Shown here in pieces: positions 39,459 to 48,267 of a stretch of DNA of 64,000 nucleotides. Position numbers and translations under genes: made by a program. Under the pieces are notes generated by a model. The model searched no databases. It was given only the letters and a program-made list of their open reading frames with translations, and had not been told where the DNA came from. This DNA comes from a bacterium (GTDB taxonomy: Bacteria; Bacteroidota; Ignavibacteria; UBA10030), in the NCBI GenBank assembly GCA_043803945.1, contig JAZDJN010000048.1:24124-88123 (forward strand), read 5' to 3'. Position 1 is the stretch's first letter. Each line of letters opens with the position of its first letter.

Positions 39459-40217
39459 TCAGTGCTTCTTGGACTTTTCTTCAACAAATGGCTGATGCAA
39501 TATTACCGGAGCCGTTTTTGTCCGCCGCATCTTGAGATTCAGCATCTCAACGAATACCGAGAATGCCATAGAGAAATATATATAGCCTTTCGGAATGTGC
39601 TGGTCGAATCCTTCCGCAATCAGAGTTACCCCAATGAGCAACAGGAAGCTGAGTGCCAGAATTTTAATCGTCGGATGCTGATCGACGAAATTGCTAATGG
39701 GTGAGGCGATGAACATCATGCAGGCGACCGCGATGACAATGGCAGCGATCATGATCTGTACATTATCAACCATACCCACAGCAGTGATAACCGAGTCAAG
39801 CGAGAAGACGATATCGAGCAGCAAAATTTGAACGATTGTGCCAGCAAAAGAAATCTTTGCCTTTGTTGAAATTGAGCTTTCATCCCCTTCGAGTTTTTGA
39901 TGGATTTCATGGGTGCTCTTTGCGAGCAGGAATAATCCACCGATGATGAGGATGATATCCCTTCCCGAAATTTCCTGTCCGAGAATGGTGAAGAACGGAG
40001 CGGTGAGATGAATGATCCAGGAGATAGAAAGGAGTAATCCGATTCGAATAAACATCGCAAGCCCGAGTCCGGTCCGTTGGGCTCTCCTCCTTTGCCCGTG
40101 CGGGAGCTTGCCTGCAAGGATGGAGATGAAGATAATATTGTCGATACCCAAGACAAGCTCGAGAGCGATGAGTGTGATTAGGGCAATCCACGATTGCGGT
40201 TCTGCTAACCATTCCAT
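39459..40217 (-). CDS. TerC-family membrane protein
   Basis: LELVLGIDN, DIVFSLDSVITAVG, KGYIYF.MAFS. Confidence 0.95.
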   Translation of the reverse strand: MEWLAEPQSWIALITLIALELVLGIDNIIFISILAGKLPHGQRRRAQRTGLGLAMFIRIGLLLSISWIIHLTAPFFTILGQEISGRDIILIIGGLFLLAKSTHEIHQKLEGDESSISTKAKISFAGTIVQILLLDIVFSLDSVITAVGMVDNVQIMIAAIVIAVACMMFIASPISNFVDQHPTIKILALSFLLLIGVTLIAEGFDQHIPKGYIYFSMAFSVFVEMLNLKMRRTKTAPVILHQPFVEEKSKKH

Positions 40218-40299
40218 AATGGTCCCTTCAGTTATCTGTTCAATGTGTATACAAAATATAAAAGCCCAGCTTCAGATGAAAGTGAGGGCAAAACAAACA

Positions 40300-40348
40300 G
40301 ATGACCGTCACCTTAACATAGAGTAATCGCGTTTAGGTGACGGTCATC
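40300..40348. repeat. REP-like palindrome of a second family
   Basis: GATGACCGTCACCT-N21-AGGTGACGGTCATC, perfect 14-bp arms. Confidence 0.75.
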
Positions 40349-40384
40349 GAGAGATGCATCTAACCGTTCGCTTCGAAGATCTGG

Positions 40385-40434
40385 AGAAGTCCGTCTTTTG
40401 CCTGTGATTGAACTCTGTAAAAAGACGGACTTCT
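40385..40434. repeat. REP-like palindrome, copy 2 (inverted relative to 8256-8305)
   Basis: Identical 15-bp arms, same 20-nt spacer length, spacer similar in reverse complement. Confidence 0.85.
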
Positions 40435-40463
40435 TCTACAAGCAAACAGTTATATCTGGATCT

Positions 40464-43400
40464 TTATCTAATGAAAACCATCTTCTTCGTCTCCACAAAG
40501 CGGCTGTACGAAGGAGAACGCTGATCGACCGCCTCAAGGCGGTAATAGTAGATACCGCTGGAATATTTTTTAGCTTGCCATTGCTCTGAGTAATAGCCGG
40601 AGGGCAGGATTTTATCGGCAAGGGTTTCGATCTTTCTGCCTAGGGCGTCATAAATCGTGAGGGTAACTCTGGATTCAGTTGGAACCGAGAACCGGATAAG
40701 GGTGCTCGGGTTGAACGGGTTAGGATAATTCTGTGATAGAGAGAATGTTGCCGGGTGAAGTTTTTCGTTCTCTACAGCAACGACTGCGTCGGGTTGGATT
40801 TCAAGATTATCGATCACCCAGCCCCAACCGTTATCCGATGCATCGGAATACAATCTAAACCGAATAAAAATTTGATCGCCGGTTTTGAATTTCGTCAGCA
40901 AATTCATTGTGTGTGACTGAAGCAGTTCTTCATCACCCACTCCCGAGGAAGCGTAGGCTTGCTTCCAAATGGCATAGCGATTGGAATCATACCCATCTTC
41001 GATGGGTACCCACGTAACACCATCCTTTGAACCCTCCACGATAACATAGTCGTAAAAAAGGGGGTCGCCGAATTTGGCTCCTGCCGCACCGGGTTGAATT
41101 AGAACGATCTCGCTAAATTTTAGCGTGGCATTTGTCGCTTGAACAATAATCGGAATTGCGAGTGATAATGTCAGGTTCTTGTTGTTGCCGTATGGATGAA
41201 GAGAATGATACGCAGAAGTAGAGAAGCCAGATGGTTTTTGCAGAGAAAATCCATTCGCCACAAAATCCATAGTTGTTGTATCGAAATCATTCTGGTAGGA
41301 AGCCTGAGCTGGACGGGCTGCCAAAGCGTCGATGCCGCGTGGACCAGAATAATAGGCAACTCCATTTTTATAGGAAATGAGGTTGACGATAACGGAATCG
41401 TTCTTCATCACCGGACATTGGACAGTTGTATCTTTTCCTGCTGCATTTTGTTTGAATGAAATTGCCCGCTGGCCATCAATGAAAACGGCTGTTGAATCGT
41501 AGACCGCCCGAAGATTCATCCCGACGCTCAAAAGTCCGACCGCTGTCTGAGTAGGTTTATTCAGACGCGGCGTTGGTATCGCTGCTGCCGGTGGGGTTTC
41601 TAGAATAGTGACACTCCAGATTCCGCGTCCATGAGTAGCCGCGACGACTTGATCGTCTATGGCAATAAGCTTCCAAATTGCCGTCGCCGGCAAGTTGTCA
41701 TTGGAAAACGACCACGACGCTCCATTGTTTGTCGAGATGAAAAGTCCGATATCAGTACCAACCCAGATCTCGTTTGGATTATGGGGCATCACAAGCAGGC
41801 AATACGTAGCAACGTTCGGGAAGCCATTAGAGCTTGTGCTGCCTGTCCCAAAACCTGAAATGTCTTGCCAGGTTTTTCCAAGGTCGGTTGTCCGCAGGAC
41901 CTTGGGTTTGTTTGCAAAAGAGAATAATGCGTAGGCGGTCTTTTCATCCCTGGGATGTGTTGCAAGACCTGAGATTCTCCCCATATCGACGGAGGGATAA
42001 TATCCGGTCGAATCAAATGTCAGTCCGCTGTTTGTTGAAACAAAAAGCTTTCCTGTCGAGAAGAGGTAGCTCCCTGCCCACACCACCTGTGGATTAGCAA
42101 CGGAGATGGCAATCTTCGGAGAGCTATAGCGCCACGTAGCGGTGGGTAGTTTTGTGAGTGTCCAGTTGTCGGCAAAATTATCCGATCGTGAGACTCCGGA
42201 GACTCCTACCGTGAACAGCAATTCCGGATCGCTGTTGGTTTTTGCAATGCGCGTAATGAACGGGCCCTTTCCCGATCCATTATCCGAAAGGTCAGTGACA
42301 GCACGGGTGAACGTACCACCGCCGGTGAGTGATCGGTAAAAATCATTGTAATAAAGCGATCCGATGATCTTATTTCCATCGTTATAATTCCAGGCTACTT
42401 CAAAGCCGTCTCCTCCAAGTGGATTAATCCAGTTTGTTGAACCGGCATTGGGGTTCACACCTGAAACCCACGTGCCATTATCTTGCGTCCCGCCAATATA
42501 AATGCTCGCGCCATGTTTCTTGTCGACTCCATAAAATTGGCTTGTGTTATAAGTGTTGTTTGGGTTCGTCCAGTTCACCCCGCCATCGTCAGAGACCGCT
42601 ACACCTCCATCGCTGCCATTTAATAATCGAAAAGAGTTGGAGCTCATCGGGATAGCAATCAGATTATGCTGATCGGCATGGACGTATGCGTATCCTGCAC
42701 CTCTGTACCAGTGAGTCAGCTTTGTAACCGATCTCCCAATTGAGCCAAGCGTCCCAACTTTAATTCGTAGATAGCCTTCTGGAAGTGTTTGAGGATTCCA
42801 TGTTCCACCGGGTGCCAGCATTGGGCTCAAGCAATAGATGTTCTTATACTTCATGCCGGCTGTTTTGGCTATCGATGGATCGGGAGCGGCAGGATTATAA
42901 AGCACAGAATTGATGAAAAGATATTCTCGCCAATACCCTTCAAACGGATATTGACTTAGGTCGAACGCGCCATCATTCATCTGATCGCGGAATGAAACCA
43001 TCAATTGTCGATTATTTGTGATGTCCCATACCTGAAAAGGGACATCGACATAGTTTGCATAGGAATAAGCAGAACCAGCTTGACCCGAACCGGGTTGAGG
43101 TGTGGTGAATCGATGTGCTTTCTGAGATTTTCCAGGTCCGAATCGAATTTCGACGGAGACAATGTCAGAGGGAAGCACGTTTGTTGCGTTATCGGCAAAG
43201 CTTGTCACCCAATCAGCGATTGGAATTCCATTAATGCTTATCATGCCAGCATATTGATAAAAGCCGATGAATGAACCGGTTCCTACCGTATCGATGGATT
43301 CAATCACCGTAGAACTGCCTGTTATGCTTGAAATCTGAACACGATAAATATCGATACCTCCGACAAAGAGTATATCCTTGTCATAGGGATTGACCACGAG

Positions 43401-44513
43401 GGTGTTATCGTACCATCCCTGGCTTCCGAGCCAGTTGATGGTTGTGCTGGGTGAAGTCTGTGAGGATTTGATCCAGGTGGAACCTCCATTATCAGAGACA
43501 TACAAATCGCAGGCTGTTGAACTGACCTCGACTGTCGCATACAACCTCGAAGTATCCGTTGGTGAAAGAGCAATTTCGATGCGTGAACCTGTCAATGATG
43601 TTGTATGCTCCTTTGCCCAGGTATTTCCACCATCATAAGATTTTAAAACTCCGTAGGCGTTCTGTGCCGCATACAGTGTATTGCCGTTCAGGGGATTATC
43701 AATAACCTGTTGTACGCGGCTGGTGGCTGCCCATACTCTCGTCCAACTCGATCCACCATCGGTCGTACGGAAGAGACCGGTGTTGGTAGCGGCAACAACA
43801 ATATTTTGGTTCGCCGGATTGACGACGAGGCGGTTTACATACCAGAAGTCAGATGTGTTCACCGTGCTTGGTAACTGCGTCCATGTTTCACCGCGGTCGG
43901 TGCTTTTCCAAATTCCATCACCGCGAATCGCATCGGTGTTTCCAAATCCTTCACCGGTTCCTGCATAAATCACCGAGTGATTCGATGCTGCCATCGCAAG
44001 CGACACTGTAGAGAGGTTGGGAATATTTGGAGTTTTATTGACCCAGGCTGGGCCTCCATTAGGAATTGATTGACCTCCTGTAGTCGTCTTCCAAATCCCG
44101 CCGCCTACTGAACCGGCAAACCATGTATTCTTTGTCGGATCATCGGGATCAACGAGTAATCCCCGTGTGCGGCCGCCAACATTTCCCGGACCTCGCTCAG
44201 TCCATTGCAGGGCAGTGCGTTTTCCCAGGAGTGCGGCTCGATTGCCAAGAGCTTTCTCCAATTCGACGATCTTGTAGTTCATGCCATAGCTGGGTTCGCG
44301 CTCATTTTCAGCGGTTCGAATATCGTGATGGTATTTGAAAAATTCATCCGGAGCGTCTCTTTTAGCTTCCTCTCGCTCCTTCCCATCTTCCGATTCGCTC
44401 TCTCGAGCGTAGAACTCTCCATGGTAATCACGATCGCGCGTGGACTCTTTTGGTATCGAGGCAAAGAACATCACAATGATGATGGAAAGTCCTAATTGAT
44501 ATAGTCGTTTCAT
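40464..44513 (-). CDS. Secreted BNR/Asp-box (sortilin/GH74-like) propeller protein with T9SS C-terminal domain
   Basis: GPGNVGGRTR, many S.DGG.TW Asp-boxes, LSQNYPNPFNPST...SGIYYYRL...KKM CTD. Confidence 0.9.
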   Translation of the reverse strand: MKRLYQLGLSIIIVMFFASIPKESTRDRDYHGEFYARESESEDGKEREEAKRDAPDEFFKYHHDIRTAENEREPSYGMNYKIVELEKALGNRAALLGKRTALQWTERGPGNVGGRTRGLLVDPDDPTKNTWFAGSVGGGIWKTTTGGQSIPNGGPAWVNKTPNIPNLSTVSLAMAASNHSVIYAGTGEGFGNTDAIRGDGIWKSTDRGETWTQLPSTVNTSDFWYVNRLVVNPANQNIVVAATNTGLFRTTDGGSSWTRVWAATSRVQQVIDNPLNGNTLYAAQNAYGVLKSYDGGNTWAKEHTTSLTGSRIEIALSPTDTSRLYATVEVSSTACDLYVSDNGGSTWIKSSQTSPSTTINWLGSQGWYDNTLVVNPYDKDILFVGGIDIYRVQISSITGSSTVIESIDTVGTGSFIGFYQYAGMISINGIPIADWVTSFADNATNVLPSDIVSVEIRFGPGKSQKAHRFTTPQPGSGQAGSAYSYANYVDVPFQVWDITNNRQLMVSFRDQMNDGAFDLSQYPFEGYWREYLFINSVLYNPAAPDPSIAKTAGMKYKNIYCLSPMLAPGGTWNPQTLPEGYLRIKVGTLGSIGRSVTKLTHWYRGAGYAYVHADQHNLIAIPMSSNSFRLLNGSDGGVAVSDDGGVNWTNPNNTYNTSQFYGVDKKHGASIYIGGTQDNGTWVSGVNPNAGSTNWINPLGGDGFEVAWNYNDGNKIIGSLYYNDFYRSLTGGGTFTRAVTDLSDNGSGKGPFITRIAKTNSDPELLFTVGVSGVSRSDNFADNWTLTKLPTATWRYSSPKIAISVANPQVVWAGSYLFSTGKLFVSTNSGLTFDSTGYYPSVDMGRISGLATHPRDEKTAYALFSFANKPKVLRTTDLGKTWQDISGFGTGSTSSNGFPNVATYCLLVMPHNPNEIWVGTDIGLFISTNNGASWSFSNDNLPATAIWKLIAIDDQVVAATHGRGIWSVTILETPPAAAIPTPRLNKPTQTAVGLLSVGMNLRAVYDSTAVFIDGQRAISFKQNAAGKDTTVQCPVMKNDSVIVNLISYKNGVAYYSGPRGIDALAARPAQASYQNDFDTTTMDFVANGFSLQKPSGFSTSAYHSLHPYGNNKNLTLSLAIPIIVQATNATLKFSEIVLIQPGAAGAKFGDPLFYDYVIVEGSKDGVTWVPIEDGYDSNRYAIWKQAYASSGVGDEELLQSHTMNLLTKFKTGDQIFIRFRLYSDASDNGWGWVIDNLEIQPDAVVAVENEKLHPATFSLSQNYPNPFNPSTLIRFSVPTESRVTLTIYDALGRKIETLADKILPSGYYSEQWQAKKYSSGIYYYRLEAVDQRSPSYSRFVETKKMVFIR

Positions 44514-44539
44514 TTCCCTGGTACTCCTGTTACTCCGTA

Positions 44540-44962
44540 TTACTGTTCATTCGGATTAATTGGGTTTCTACTTTTCTTCTGCACATCATACTGCCATCCC
44601 TGAGGTTTGTCTTCCTCATCGATTTTGACAGTACCCGGAATGATTATCGCAACAACCAGCCAATTATTCTTCCAAGCGATGCTTCCATTTTGAATTTCAT
44701 CTTCCAGAAGAATAGTATTGGCGGCAATGTCGTAGAGAAAGAAGCGCAGATGCTGTTGCGGCAGTTTTGGTGTTACTTCATTCTTCGTCAGACAAATGAC
44801 ATGGCTTCTACTCTGGTTGTACAAATATTCCACCCGCTCTCCATACCGCTCATAGGCAAGCTGCTGATAGGCCGTTTCATGAACCGCTGCCTTTTTCGAC
44901 GAACATCCGCTGATCACTAGGATCAAGAAGAGTAAGAACGTTTTGACATACCTAAAAAACAT
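44540..44962 (-). CDS. Hypothetical lipoprotein
   Basis: Signal peptide with lipobox ISGC; the upstream 22 codons of the track ORF are repeat-derived. Confidence 0.7.
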   Translation of the reverse strand: MFFRYVKTFLLFLILVISGCSSKKAAVHETAYQQLAYERYGERVEYLYNQSRSHVICLTKNEVTPKLPQQHLRFFLYDIAANTILLEDEIQNGSIAWKNNWLVVAIIIPGTVKIDEEDKPQGWQYDVQKKSRNPINPNEQ

Positions 44963-44970
44963 CTCTTTCA

Positions 44971-45025
44971 CCTTGGTGTTCTTGGCGTCTTGCCTGCCCC
45001 GAACGTTTTTAGTTCGGGGGCGGTT
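44971..45025. repeat. Nested repeat: palindrome within a CTTGG(C/T)G tandem repeat
   Basis: CTTGGTGTT CTTGGCGT CTTG[CCTGCCCCGAAC-N7-GTTCGGGG]GCGGTT. Confidence 0.55.
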
Positions 45026-45133
45026 CATTATTCCAAGCTTTCTTATATGTTTTCCTTCAAGCCAGTATATATCTGCGGGATGGTAGGGAGAGGCTGAAGC
45101 GCTATATCATGGTAAACACATGGCGAATGAAAA

Positions 45134-46294
45134 TCAAGATTGTGGTTGAAAAATGAGTTCAAGATGTATGATTTCCGGTGTATTTCCCAGGCGAACAGGC
45201 GGTCCCCACGTGCCTGTGCCGCTGGATACATAAATATGAGTATTCGATTTCTTTTTATATCCCCAGCTCACTTCGAAAATGCGCTCCGTGATCAGATGAA
45301 AAGGCCACAATTGTGCATGGTGCGTGTGTCCGGAAATCTGCAGATCGATCCCGTGGTCGACGGCATCCTGAAGTTTACCCGGTTGATGATCCATCATGAT
45401 GAGAGGCAGTTGTGTGTCTACTTCAGCAAGCAACTCTTTCAGCGGCATTCTCGATTTCCCGTTGAACTGACGGATGCTCCTGTCTTCCCGTCCGATGATA
45501 TAGAAACTCTCATCGATCTTTATTGCCGCATCCCGCAGCATGGTGATATTGTGGTCAATAAGGTATTGGCATGCCTCCTCTACACCACCGATGTATTCAT
45601 GGTTGCCAGTGATGGCGAATACCCCGAATCGTGAACGAATGCTCCGCAGCACCTCGCCAAGATTATTATTAATAACCGGACCAAGATCCTCATCGACAAT
45701 ATCTCCAGGGAGCAGGACAATGTCGGCCTGCATCGAATTTATCATTTCGACAATCTTGCCTAATCGATTTCTTCCGATGATCGTTCCGAGGTGAATGTCT
45801 GATGCCGCGGCGATTGTCAGACGGGAACGGGATCCTGCCTTTTTATGAATTGTTAGATTCAATCGTTTGATACGGAGAGACTTGGCATTCAGATATCCAA
45901 TAATCAGAGCTATAATCACACCGAGAGTGGCGATCGAAAAAAACCAACTAGCAAAATTATTATAAAGAGTCAACGGTACGATATGGAGCAGATAGTTGAA
46001 CAGCTTGAGTATGTCCATGGTGAGAACGATGAAATACAGATAGATCATCGCCGCAAGCCAGAAGCTGCCGATCCAGACCAACGTTGTGCTTACTGCGGAA
46101 ATTTTCCAGTGTTCAAGGAATCGACCGGCCAGATAGGCAAGTGCGATAGTCCAAAAAATTACCGTGAACAGAATACGAGTCGTTGTGTGCTCTGTAACCA
46201 GATCAAGGCCATGCGAGAAGATATAATAGTTAAGGAATCCATAGAGTGTCAGGATAATAGAGAAGAATGTGATGAAGGTTGTTCGTTTTGTCAT
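45134..46294 (-). CDS. Membrane-anchored metallophosphoesterase (YkuE-like)
   Basis: SDIHLG, GDIVD, GNHE, DHQP, SGHTH..Q, WGPP.R. Confidence 0.93.
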   Translation of the reverse strand: MTKRTTFITFFSIILTLYGFLNYYIFSHGLDLVTEHTTTRILFTVIFWTIALAYLAGRFLEHWKISAVSTTLVWIGSFWLAAMIYLYFIVLTMDILKLFNYLLHIVPLTLYNNFASWFFSIATLGVIIALIIGYLNAKSLRIKRLNLTIHKKAGSRSRLTIAAASDIHLGTIIGRNRLGKIVEMINSMQADIVLLPGDIVDEDLGPVINNNLGEVLRSIRSRFGVFAITGNHEYIGGVEEACQYLIDHNITMLRDAAIKIDESFYIIGREDRSIRQFNGKSRMPLKELLAEVDTQLPLIMMDHQPGKLQDAVDHGIDLQISGHTHHAQLWPFHLITERIFEVSWGYKKKSNTHIYVSSGTGTWGPPVRLGNTPEIIHLELIFQPQS

Positions 46295-46344
46295 AAATTC
46301 ACAATGCCCAATTCAAAAATTCGCTGCTCGCCGTGGATTGATTG

Positions 46345-46764
46345 CTACTGTTGCCGGCTGGTAGGTATAACGAAACACCCGGTCTGAAGGGTTCCTGTTT
46401 GAGAGGGGATGCCGTTCTGACCGAAGTATATCTTTCCATTAAACGTTCGATAGGTGGAGAGAGTTTTGAGAGGTTCGGGCGAGCTGAGGCCGGAATCTTG
46501 ATCAACCGTTACAACGTGACAGTGGCTGCAGGGGAGAAGAAGTGATTCTATCGCGGGAGCGGAAATAGCAAGCTGATCTTCATCAATGTTTACAGAGATC
46601 GAGGCCAGCTTCGGTAGTGCTCGCTGCGTGAGGAAATTGCCATCACTGTCCACAATCATCCATCGCCGGTCATGCTGCAGTCCCCGTTCTTCCAGAAGTG
46701 CACTTGAACAGGAAATACCGCGGCATGACTTTATTGGATAGATCCAAAGTTCACTCAGGAGCAT
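46345..46764 (-). pseudogene. MOSC-domain protein with in-frame internal deletion
   Basis: YPIKSC.G, DRRWM, FLTQR N-barrel joined directly to PCSHC..EPLKTL..FGQN C-terminus; central RFRPN region absent. Confidence 0.72.
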
Positions 46765-46790
46765 AGTCTTTTTGGCGAGGTTGATTGGAA

Positions 46791-47216
46791 TCATTTGGCC
46801 GGCCGCCGCTGCTTCCGATGTTCTGCCTCGACCTTTATAGAAATTCCGCCGCGTACCGAAAATTCAGACGATACCTTACACCAATGAGGATGGAGTTTTG
46901 CCACCAGATCATCGAGAATGATATTGGTGACATGCTCATGGAAGACTCCCTCATTACGAAACGACCAGAGGTATAATTTGAGAGATTTTGATTCCACGAT
47001 CCATTTGTCGGGGATGTACTGAATGGTGATGTTCGCGAAATCAGGCTGACCGGTCATTGGACAGACACAGGTAAATTCGTCTGTGTGCAAGGTGACGATG
47101 TACTCACGCTTCGGATGGCGATTGGGGAATGCTTCAAGTTTTCTTGAAGGCTGAGAGACTTTTTTCCCGAGAAGGGTGAGCGTATCGAGGTTAGTTGTAT
47201 TGGTTCGTTGTGCCAT
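46791..47216 (-). CDS. queF: preQ1 synthase (7-cyano-7-deazaguanine reductase), short type
   Basis: EFTCVCPMTGQPDFA, VESKSLKLYL, FHE, RGGI. Confidence 0.96.
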   Translation of the reverse strand: MAQRTNTTNLDTLTLLGKKVSQPSRKLEAFPNRHPKREYIVTLHTDEFTCVCPMTGQPDFANITIQYIPDKWIVESKSLKLYLWSFRNEGVFHEHVTNIILDDLVAKLHPHWCKVSSEFSVRGGISIKVEAEHRKQRRPAK

Positions 47217-47293
47217 TGAAATCTTATTCCAATCTTCAAATTACAAACTTGGGTGTCCTGCCGGGATTGCTGCAGGAAACGCTGTTCGGGTTA

Positions 47294-47788
47294 TTAGCTA
47301 TTTTCTCTCATCAGGCGTTTCAGAATCTGAATTTGTCCGGCATGATATACATCGTGTGCTGCAATCCCGGAGATGATCATCCGGTTGCTCACGGTAGTTC
47401 CTTTTGGGATTATTGCGAGATCATTGTCGTTGAATTGTGCAATCGCCTCACACATTGAACGATGGCATGATTGCAACAATCCGATGTCTTTTTTCCATGC
47501 CGCGGCAGTCGTCTCTCCAGGTTGTACAATCCAATTGCTGCCCTTCAGCGGGAAAAAACCTTTTTTCTCGCCCAGGATTCTGCGCCGGACGATGTATTTC
47601 CAATAGGCACAGTGGATGACGATCTCCCAGATGTTGTGTCGATCCGCTGCAGGGCGCCAGGAGGCATCGCGAACCGTGAGGCCGCGGATCGAGCCGCGAA
47701 GGTTTGTTCCATGCCACGCTTTTTTATGATAGGCTTCCTCTATCGTTTCTAAGAGGAGCATCACCGCGCGATTGTTCTTCTGGGTCAT
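47294..47788 (-). CDS. DinB/YfiT-family protein
   Basis: AWHG, HNIWEIVIH.AYWK, HDVYHAGQI. Confidence 0.9.
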   Translation of the reverse strand: MTQKNNRAVMLLLETIEEAYHKKAWHGTNLRGSIRGLTVRDASWRPAADRHNIWEIVIHCAYWKYIVRRRILGEKKGFFPLKGSNWIVQPGETTAAAWKKDIGLLQSCHRSMCEAIAQFNDNDLAIIPKGTTVSNRMIISGIAAHDVYHAGQIQILKRLMRENS

Positions 47789-47801
47789 CAGCGACCTTCA
47801 T

Positions 47802-47838
47802 AAAATAAATACGCCCCACATTCCCGGTGTTGTGGGGC
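47802..47838 (-). terminator. Rho-independent terminator downstream of the bTHX gene
   Basis: GCCCCACA/TGTGGGGC stem followed on the minus strand by TATTTATTTT. Confidence 0.7.
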
Positions 47839-47878
47839 ACTGATCATTTGAAAGGAAATCCCGTTGAAAGAATATTCA

Positions 47879-47995
47879 CAGAGACTCAGAGGAAACTCAG
47901 AATAATCTATGGTGGATATATCCCAAGCGTTCCAACGATCCTTCTTCCGTGTCCCGTGCGATTGAATGATACAAGGATTGACGAACGAGTCTCTG
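47879..47995. ncRNA. Candidate structured RNA in the bTHX 3' region
   Basis: CAGAGACTC/GAGTCTCTG closing stem, inner CGTTC/GAACG and ATCCTT/AAGGAT stems, GAG-GAAA-CTC hairpin. Confidence 0.3.
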
Positions 47996-48008
47996 GTACC
48001 TTCGTACG

Positions 48009-48134
48009 CTATTGCTTTGTCTCTACCGCTTTCGGTTTTTGAACTTTGACGTTGGTCTTTCTTTTCTGGCGGTACTTACCATATGAACCGGCGAAAATCT
48101 TACCCCGTTTTGATCGTTTATCACCTTTTCCCAT
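48009..48134 (-). CDS. 30S ribosomal protein bTHX (41 aa; not in the ORF track)
   Basis: Manual translation MGKGDKRSKRGKIFAGSYGKYRQKRKTNVKVQKPKAVETKQ*; RBS AAGGAG. Confidence 0.93.
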   Translation of the reverse strand: MGKGDKRSKRGKIFAGSYGKYRQKRKTNVKVQKPKAVETKQ

Positions 48135-48267
48135 GAACATCTCCTTATGGATTTGAATAATTCGATAATAGTATGGATTTGATCGCTACCTTAAACATAA
48201 AAAGAGGTGTTCGAGGAAGCAAGTGGCAAATAAAAGAATTCAGACTCACTGAAACACAAAGTAAAAA

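Noticed and set aside
47217-47293. preQ1 riboswitch directly upstream of queF
   Set aside because: No class I stem plus A-rich tail consensus is visible
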